Shown here piece after piece: positions 42,811 to 52,099 of a DNA stretch of 64,000 nt. This DNA comes from Macrostomum lignano (taxonomy: Eukaryota). The notes beneath the pieces were generated by a model that was not told the DNA's origin, made no database searches, and saw only the letters and a program-made list of their open reading frames with translations. Position numbers and translations under genes: made by a program. The stretch is from positions 1 to 64,000 of the forward strand of contig NIVC01000876.1 in the NCBI GenBank assembly GCA_002269645.1. The letters are read 5' to 3'. Numbering within the stretch: position 1 is the first letter of the stretch; each line of letters begins with the position of its first letter.

Positions 42811-43903
42811 ATGACTGAACCGAGAAGGAGCGATTGCGCCATCTGCATGGCTGAAGATGTTGAACAAATTCGGAAGTGCCTTGAAACCGGATCTGAAACT
42901 CCCGACTGTGACTGTGACGGTCAAGGGGAGCCGCCACTTTTAAAGGCTTCCCGCCTTGGTCGAGTGAGTGTGTCCCAAGTTCTGTTAGAGTTTGGAGCCC
43001 AAATTGACGCTCCTTGTCGGGAAGACTCGAGCACTGCTCTAATTGCCGCAGTAGCGGGCGGGCATCTCGAGCTCGCACAGCTTCTGATTCAAAGGGGCGC
43101 CGATTTGAATCGACAACGAAAAGACGGAAAATTTGCTTTAATGCTAGCTGTCGAGGCTAAAAGCTTCGAATTAATGAAGCTTCTTCTTCAGACGAAGGGT
43201 GTCAAAATGGGACTTACCGATATCAGAGGCAAGTCTCTATTATCCTATGCTATCGATGCGAACTGTCTCAAAACGGCACAGCTGCTTATCGAACATGGCG
43301 CCGATGTGAATGGACCTTACGATCGCGCAAGGCCTCTGTTACCTGTCAGCATGTACATGGATGGACGAGAAGAAATTTTCCACGCTCTCCTTAACGCTGG
43401 TGCAGACGTCAATGCCATGGACAATAATGGCCGGACCGCTCTAGAAGTTGCCGTTATAAAGGGCAACCGGGAAGCCGTAAAAGAGTTGCTTCAGGCTGGC
43501 TCAGATGCCAATAGGATAGACAGTCTAATGGACACTACCTGTCTGATTGAGGTCGCTGTTCGGGGCTTCAAAGACATTTTTCACGACCTGCTAACTCATG
43601 GGGCACGCATCGACCTAGCCAACGCTACGGGTCGAACCCCGCTGATTGTTGCGGCAGACAAGGGGCACCCGAGCTGCTCAAGGAATTGACACTGCTTGAC
43701 AAGGACTTGGAGCGAATGGACTACAGCGGTGACACGGCACTATCAAACGCAGTGAAAAATGGCCACTTTCACGCTGTGAAAGTTTTGGTTGAGGCTGGAG
43801 CCAAAATCGGACACGTAAACAAAGACGGGCTCAGCTGCGTGCAAATTGCTGATAGAAATGGACACACCGAGATCAAGACCTATTTGATGGAGAAAGCAGC
43901 TGA
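42811..43903 (+). CDS. Ankyrin-repeat exon (~10 repeats) of the ankyrin-Mab-21/cGLR protein; 1-bp frameshift at the C-run 43668-43670
   Basis: Canonical ANK repeats (STALIAAVAGGHLELAQLLIQRGAD, GRTALEVAVIKGN, GDTALSNAVKNGH); adding one C restores GHPELLKEL and joins the two ORFs; acceptor at 42780; GA|GTAAGT donor at 43903. Confidence 0.9.
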
Positions 43904-44232
43904 GTAAGTCGTACTGATTTAGCCCTAGTCTCTTCTTGATTAGTTTCTTCTTTGATCGCGGTTGGTGCTTTGATAGCCTTTCGATGAAACGCGGAACCGT
44001 CCATGCAACTTTCAACTGCTCATTGCCTCCCCTTTATACTCTGCTTGCTTTTTCCGACCCCTTGCTGCTTGTGATAACATTATTTTTTATTGAGTTATTT
44101 GGTGAGTGCAATGAAAGTTAAGCAATGCAATCCAATAGTTAAAAACTTCAAGACTTTGGTCGAGTACACTGAAATTATACAACTAAATAAGTAAAGAGAG
44201 ACGATAGAGCGTGCTTAATACTGCTCTTACAG

Positions 44233-44310
44233 ATTCGGGATGCCTCTGGCTGAAATGCCCAAAGACCCGAGTGTCTTGTCTAGTGATGAAGACGTTGCTA
44301 CCGAGTACAT
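44233..44310 (+). CDS. Linker exon of the ankyrin-cGLR protein (FGMPLAEMPKDPSVLSSDEDVATEY)
   Basis: ttacag acceptor phase 2 matches the ANK donor; AT|GTAAGT donor phase 2 matches 44408. Confidence 0.8.
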
Positions 44311-44407
44311 GTAAGTACTTTAAGGAAGATGCTATCTGATATGAGAAAACATTTACAGAAATTAATAATAAAAGGTGTGCTGTTTTCATAATTTTTTGCC
44401 TCCGCAG

Positions 44408-44751
44408 GCCTCTAGAACCAAAAGAACTCAGTGAGCAGCTCAGCGAAGCTATGGAACGGGCCGGGTTCACCTCAGAGAGAGCCAGATTACAGATTGGGCT
44501 GGCCCTTGTGCTGGAGGAAATGGCCCGAGAGATGTGGCTGGACCAACGACACATGTGTGGAAGTTACGCAGAGGGCTGGGCCAACAACATCCGGCAAGTA
44601 AATGGCACTGTTGGAAAGGGGTCCGACGTCGATTGGACTCTGCTGGCGTCTGATGGTCAAAAGTTTCACTTTGAAGGAATGTGCAAATGTGCAGATCCTG
44701 CCGGAGGCTACTGTCGGCTGGAGGAGGGTCACGTCGTTGTTCCAGACGCTG
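44408..44751 (+). CDS. Mab-21/cGAS-like nucleotidyltransferase, N-lobe exon (GSYAEG...SDVD)
   Basis: ccgcag acceptor, G|GTACGT donor phase 1; GS motif and DxD catalytic pair of the cGAS/Mab-21 NTase fold. Confidence 0.88.
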
Positions 44752-44919
44752 GTACGTGTCTCGTGGTTTTTTATTTGGATTTCATCTGTTGTAAAAAGTG
44801 AATAAAGCTGAGGGCCGTCAATCAGCTAGTAAAGAAAATCAGAATTAGAGCACTCACTGAGAGGCTTGCCATACCTTATAATGCATATATTTAACTGAAC
44901 ACCTCTCTCTCTGACGCAA

Positions 44920-47900
44920 CAACCCCACCATGTTCAATGAGGGGCGGGGGACGCCAGGCGTACACTTAACGGCACTCCACAAAGAAGGTGCAGGCAGGTA
45001 GGAACACAACTAATCATAAAAATCACCCTACATGCAATGATGCTTCATCATTGCAGCACTTGAAAAACATTGATGTTCGGAAAAGAAACTCACTATGACC
45101 CCCAATAGTTAAACGAAACGAATCGCACAAACAACGAAACGCAGCTAAACTGCAACAAAGATTGATAAATCATGCCAGCTAGCATGGAATTCAAGCATCT
45201 CCTGGGTCCGCGGCCTGGCCTTTGCACGACTCGAGACCTTGACGATCTCACTGCTCAGTCTCGTCCCGGATACACCGCCTCCAAAATGCCAGTAAACCAG
45301 GTGAGCCTCGATGGCCAGCTTCGCCTTTCGCCAGGACGATGTCGCTGACCGTCGCCTCTCGGATCACGCCGAGCAGATTTTCGCACAGTTTGTCAGATAT
45401 TGCCGCTCCCAACAGTTCCGGAAGGAGTGAAGTCTGACGCGCATTTGCATTAGCAGTTTTGGCAACGGTAGCAGAAGATCCGAGGCAGACAGAAGAAGGT
45501 TGCGCCGTAAGCCGCTGTAACAACAGAAAGGGTGCTGGTGTCAGAATTTCTTCCTTGTGATCAGCATCCACGTAGAGCAAAGGGCGGCTGTTGAGCACCG
45601 CCTCCACCTCCATTTGTACTGTTCGTCCAATGTAGGACTTGCATTCAGAAGGGTCTTGCGCAGCTTGATTTCCTTCATCAATTGCTTCCAGAAGCCTCCT
45701 TGCCAGGGTGAGCACTCGATGATGGACTTCTACGTGATCTTTCATGTCGAGCAGAACTCCTGGACTTTTTGACTCTTTGACTCTTTGACTCTTTTGAGGC
45801 TTTGGCAAATGTCTTAGAATTATCGCTGATAAGACTAGAGATGCCTCTCCTCGCACGAATCTCCTTAGGACTCTCAGGCAGGTCTCGGTTGTTAAATCCT
45901 TCAACAGTTCCAGATGAAGCGCTCGCGTTGCTGCGCAGGTGAACACCAAGATGTAGCCCTTCTCGACGGCAGTATCTTCTCTCAGCTTGACCGGATCACA
46001 GAAGTCAAGCCCGCTCCACTCGAACGCACTCGAACTGGTCAGCTCCTATGAGGATGTTGATCTCTGGATGCTGCTCGCTGCCGATGTCCCAGTCTGTCAG
46101 ATCCAGATGTGGGCAGTGATCGCTGCGCAAGCTGTTGACAACGAGCTGATGAGAGCAGATGTAGAGGGGGCCGTAGCCCAGCGGTAGCGCAGCTGCTCTG
46201 GTGTGCCAGCGACCCAGGCTCGATTCCAAGTGCAGTCACATTAATTTGGGGCTGAATTGGAATCTCGGCTTGGCTCTGCTCGTGCAATTAACGGCCTTGA
46301 GAGCCACCCCCCCCCCAAGGCGCAGTGAAGTGTGCATGCCTAACGATAAATAAAGTTAGGGCCGCTGTACACTCCTGTGTGAGTGTGTGCCTGCGTACGT
46401 ATCCGCGCGCTTGTATGCCTGCTCAGGGGAGTCGGCGGAATGGGCAGTAATGCCTCTCGCCGGTTGTGTGACAATGTCGCTTAAAGTGCGCCAGGGTGCA
46501 CACAACCCCCTGCCTCTAATAAAAAAAAGAGCAGATGTATGGTACTGTGTAATGCGTAATGTGAAACGGTTGACTAGCTTATGAAGTTGGAACTCGACCT
46601 CCGTTTATAGGACCTTAGGCTGTGTGCCTCCGAATTTCATTACTTTCATTGTGTCTTAGCCGATCACACTAAATTCCGCTCAGCTACGCCCGACATAATA
46701 AACGAACGGTTACTCACAGAGTCGAAGAGACTTCTAACCCCTATTTCACTGCTGCCACCTTGTGAAATCAGCATAGCTCCAGCAGTAGGACAAATCACTG
46801 TCTGGCCTTGGTAACCATCGCCATAGTCTTCACTTCGTGAATTTTGACACCCTGCGCGGCCGACTGTTCGGGTTCTTCTTTCCTGAACCCACCGTATCGA
46901 TGATGCATCAAGGAATCTTGTCTGCCGGCCGTTGCTGTAGCTGTTCCACTCGGGTAGAGCAGACTGGGATGATGCTTCAACTTGTAGAAGCCACACTACT
47001 TCTTTTGATAACAAGTCGTGGGGGCATGGCTTTTGGTTTGAGGCAACTGAAGCAGTGTCTTTGTTCTTTTAAGAATCGAAACTTAGTGAACACATCCACC
47101 AGTAGATCCCAACTTTTTGGAGTATGTTCAGCATCACAGTAAGGACACATGTTTCTGACTTTGGCGACCTTCGTAGCCTTAGGCTGCACAGCAGATACCG
47201 CGGATTCCTTTGTTTTCCTGTGTTGAACTCTCGCTCCGAGAGCAGCTTCCTCCTCAAATAGGATTTCTAGGTCAAGGTCAAGGCATTGAGGAATTTTTTA
47301 ATCAACACTAGGCCGCTTCAATTTGTCACCTGTTATTGACTGCTACCATGGGAAGAGCGTATGGAAACTATCCTGGCAGTTCTAAGCATCTCACTTCCGG
47401 CAAGTTCGTCAGCAAGTTGAACAGCAAGATGGTCTCGTATGAAGCAACATCACCCCGAGATTCTCCAGGCTGCAGACATTGCCACTGGCTTGATCGTAGA
47501 AGTTTCTCAGGTGGTGGACCGAAGCACCTAAGTAGATCATCGGGGAAAACTTCGCCAGATGATCGCGCACGGCTCCACTCCAGGATCCAAACCGTCGTTG
47601 CAGGTTATCGCAATCTTGTAGTTCTCAGCCGTGATGTTAAGGCCAGCGATCAAATTCTTGACTTCTCCTGAAAGGCACGATTGCAGGTAGCTGAACTTGT
47701 CAACAACGCTGAGGCTCGAGTTGTCGTGGTTGCTGGAACTGAAGCGGTCCCAGAATGAAGTCCATTGAGTCCGATCTCCACCGAATGCTGGTGGCGGCAG
47801 TATAGGCAGCCTGATGGCCAGCGGAGTCGCTAAAGCAGCACGCTAAAGCATGCGGCTTTCTCACTCGACCTGAAGAATCTGTAGTCGCTCGGCGAGACTT

Positions 47901-48230
47901 GAAATCATCTCTCCAGCCAGCAACTCGAACTCCATCGTCTTTTCCACTTACTCTTGGAGTGCATTCTCGACGAGCTCAACGGACAGTTCTTCTTCCACTG
48001 CCAGCAGCTGTTGCTTCTTGAGGCACAGTGCTTTCAGTTTGCTTTCGATATCTTCCTCAGCAGCCTATGGCTCGAGCTGGTCTTGGCCTTTCTGGGCCAT
48101 TCTGGTGACTGTCGCTCACAATACTCAACGCTTTCTGGAGTCCATGCTAGGCTGACGAGAAACCGCTTTGTCACTGTAGGACTCTATCGCTCTGTAAGAT
48201 GGTTTGCTTAGTTGATTGCGTGTGCGCACG
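44920..48230 (-). mobile_element. Decayed BEL/Pao LTR retrotransposon (gag, Zn knuckles, protease, integrase; RT/RNase H deleted) in the cGLR intron; ends approximate
   Basis: DUF1759-like gag (RLPILPPPAFGGDRTQWTSFWDRF...DKFSYL), CxxC motifs, protease SLFDS and INILIGAD, integrase GLDFC..KGYILVFTCAATRALHLEL..DLTTE..LRRF; stops and frameshifts. Confidence 0.9.
46164..46527 (+). mobile_element. tRNA-derived SINE (family 1) nested in the BEL/Pao protease region, with 12-bp TSD AGAGCAGATGTA
   Basis: A and B boxes, A-tail; TSD at 46152-46163 and 46528-46539. Confidence 0.93.
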
Positions 48231-48479
48231 TTCACTAGCTCTTATGTACATTTGCTCGCTGTACAATGATAATATATAAGTGAATGCCTTGGCGCCCTGG
48301 GCAGCCAAGAGTTGGTCTACGCCTTAAGCCAATTTCTCGTTTTCGCTTGTTCTTACAGCTCTATACCTTCACTTTATTGTGATTTTAGTTCAGGCACTAT
48401 CTATGACAGCAACACTTACATGTCTAGGAAAGCATAAAGAGAATGATATATTTATAACTATCATTTAAAATTTATCCAG

Positions 48480-49864
48480 GCAATCAGCCAGCCCATTCGG
48501 ACCGAGCTACCGGTGCGCGACCCGCGGCAGACTTTTGCACCGCATTTCCATGTTGCTGCTTTCCCGAGCCAGCTGATTTCCTAGGCAGACTGCCGCCAAA
48601 TATTCGCGACGAGTTAAGCAAAGAAACCGAAATTCACCTGGTTGTCGCTACCCGGCCAGGACACAAAAATGAGTACAGGGCTAGTTACAGTTTTCTCGAG
48701 AAACGATTTATTCGCCAGTTTAACGACACACAGGGACGGCTATTTGTCCTGCTTAAGTACCTTATTAAGAAAGTGATGGCAAAAAAGCTGGGAGTTGCAG
48801 GTCTAAAGTCCTATCACGCCAAGACGTTAACCTTCTTTATGATTGGTCGCGAGGACGAGTCCATCTGGTCTAGCGAAAACTTGTTTCACTTGACAGAAAA
48901 ATCCATGGATTTACTGGTGGAACTTCTCGATTCCATTGAACGCCCGGATGTACTGATGCCACACTTCTTTTTGAAGGACGGGCCGTTGTTTATTAAAGGT
49001 GCGGACTCAGAGGGACACCGTAAGCAGCAGATTCGGCGAGCAGCTATCGAGATGAGGCAGAACTTACAGCTGCATCTGCAAAGTTATGTAAGATCCGTGC
49101 TAAAGCCACTGGATTCCGATAATTTCTACTTCCATCCTTTCTTGCTGTCGGAGATTGGTATAGAGACAGTCAAACCGGACGACATTGCAAAGTACCACAG
49201 GCTGTACGACTACATTTATGTTACGCTAATGGAGATGGTGGAACAGGACTTGCCGCTTGAGCAGTATCTGAGAGACATCGCTAGAATTCCGGATCACGCA
49301 TACAGTGCTAGGGTTTGCCTGACAGCTTTGGCTTTGTGGAAGTTTGGGAAACACGACTCTGTAACGGAAGTTCTAAAAGATTCACTGGAGCATCGAGCAT
49401 CTCGCTTCGTGCCATTCACTGTCTGTTCAGATGCCCAAGAGGCCAAGTTATTGATCTGGCAGCATTTGCAAGAGACTGATGCCGCGTGGCGCTTTGTTTT
49501 CGCAGCCAAGACTCTCCCAGTGTTCACCTTCCTGCCCGACAGACTGCGACGACTCTTTCCTGCCGAGATGCCCGACTTCAAGCTTTTTTTCTACATGAAC
49601 TTCAATGCTCTGCTGAAATGCCTGAGCGCTGTTGCCCTGCCAAACCTATTTTCAGTTTCAGACTGGTTCTCTGAACTTCAGCTTGATCCTGACTTTGAGG
49701 AGCTGTACGCCTTTTGCGAGTTCTGCCGGGATCCGAAGGCACTGAGAGCAGCACACAGGAGGATGTGTCAAGTCGTTCGCAAGCCGATTCACCCTCTGGA
49801 GAAAGCGAAGTTAGAGCTGGTTGAGAAGCGATGCTCTGAGTTGCAAGCTGAACAACACGAATGA
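48480..49864 (+). CDS. Mab-21/cGLR C-lobe and helical C-terminal extension, last exon
   Basis: ttatccag acceptor phase 1; ADFCTAFPC (third acidic residue), HLV, RASYSFLEK, LLKYLIK, LKSYHAKT, W..ENL, LMPHFF are Mab-21 hallmarks; open to TGA at 49862-49864. Confidence 0.92.
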
Positions 49865-52099
49865 ATTCATTTAATAATTGGATTTGGTGAATTTAGTGGT
49901 TATTGCATTCAAGAGTAGTAAAATATTTTCGCTTTCAAATCAATCCACCATATCAAACATGAAGCTTTTGCCCCTCGTTACCTTTAAGGAAGTCGAATTG
50001 TTTCAAATATAGCATTTTGCAAGCTAGTAAAGACTACGAGAAAGCAATTTAATGCAAGATAGCAAAAACACATGTATTTTGAGCCTCACTGCTAGTTGTC
50101 TATGGTAAAAAGTGTGTCAAACCGGCCATTAAGATGCTTACGGCCCTCTGTTCAAAATTACCTAATATACCGCTTAAATTCGTATTACACTTACACTTAA
50201 TCGTTCTAATTTAATAAGATTTTGTATCCACACCACCAAACTTGTGACCACGTGAGGATGAAACGCACGGTTACACAACAGGAACAAAATTTAAAATTAA
50301 AACAGTGCATAAGTTAAAGTGCAGAGTTCGACGTGTGTTAGAGCGAATTTTCTGTTCCTAACAAGAGACTTCAGTCAATTAATGTAATTGTTCGCGTGTG
50401 CTTTTGTTCCAAAATGCAGTTTGTTAATTTTTTGAAACACCCTTAAATTTAATGTTAACCTCAGACCTCTAAATAATATCTATGCGAACAAGAAAATAGA
50501 TTATGAATGGATTTTTAGACATACAGCAATCTCGTATGCGTTATCGTTTGTAGTGCATCCACTGTCCATGCAAATATTGAATGCGCTAAAATTATTGTTA
50601 TTGCAATAAAGTTTGATTTCGTGTATGCAATTTTTTTTGTTTTTTTTTATTGTGATTACGCATTAAAGCGTAATTTCAATTTTTACCTGTCTGTGAAAAT
50701 GTTTCTTACGCTGTCTTATCAAGTGTTTTGTGAATGATGATGAACATTTCATTCTTCTAGTACTTCATTTTTTGGTTGGTTGAATTTGAAGTAGTCCTAA
50801 TTTGCTTGCGCGATATCCGGATGAGCTGTTTTTAAAAAGGTATGCGCATGGTAAATACGCTCGTACAATTGAATATCAATACGAGTAGTATGCTGCGTAT
50901 TATATGTAGAATTAAAATGCGCGTAGCTTTGAATGTTCAGAGCGTCATTATATTTGATTTTGCAATTGCTTAAACTGATTAATACGCCGAGCATTATAGG
51001 CCTGCATCAGTAATGCGCTCGCTCAAATTCGCTAAATACGATTGTACGAGTATAAGCCCTAATCATTATCACATTGGAATTCTAGGACTTATTCTCTCAG
51101 CTCATTTATTTATTGTGGCATTCAACTGAACTAATTACCGGTACCCCCAAAATTCAATACACATTTTGGAAGCCATAGCTACAAAGCTCGTTTTCTTCTC
51201 AAGTCATGCGGCTTAGCAGCTGTCATCATTGTTTTCTACCCCAAGAAATTTAATCGTCTTCTCTTGAATTTTTTTCAAATAACCTCACCTCGTTTTGCGT
51301 AGTATACATAGTTAAGCAGTTTAACACTGAACCTTTTACAGGTTATGGTGTGACACTATATATCTTGAATTTTTATGACCTTTTTTGGACAGTCTACATC
51401 CATGTACATGATATTGCCTCTAAAATTTGCATTCATTAATATACTGTATACATCGGTATAATTTTTATAACGTTTATAGATGAGACATGAGTCAAAAAAC
51501 AAAATCCCATTTACATGAATATGTAGAATATGTACATATAGACATTGTGAATATGGCTTTTCAATGCGCGGTTGTACATTGACTCCAAGTATTTGATTGT
51601 CTATATAGCATTCGAGCTGTCTGACGCGCAGATTCATAACGTAATATCGGGCTTTTCAAACTGTGAGCTACATGTACATGTATGTACACTAATTTATAAG
51701 TTCACCTGCTCTTCACGTGCCTATTCTCGCTACATAAATCTAATAAATCTGAGTTCATTGAGACTCAACACATTTACATGCATACACTTAATTGTATAAC
51801 TCGAAGAAAAAACATAACTTCCGAAGCTGTTTCGGTATACACGCTGTATGCCTGGGTTCGGTGGCCCGCATTTAAGCAATTTGTTTTTATAGTTTCAACA
51901 TTTTTATTTAAGTACATGTATATATATATACATGTACGTGTAGCCCGCGTATACTGAACGCCTGGTTGCTGGCTGTAAATTAGCTGTAACCAAATACTTT
52001 TTATTGGGTCGGAGGACCACGCCTTTTAAGGCGCAATTTCACTGACACGCACCAAAGCATCAGAGGCGCCAGAACTATAGAAGCGCCCAGTGGGCTGTC

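Noticed and set aside
44790-48420. Paired LTRs for the BEL/Pao element
   Set aside because: Both flanks have a TGTTGC start on the minus strand (near 44917 and 48414) and the left has a weak PPT, but the flanks do not align further and no PBS or TSD was found
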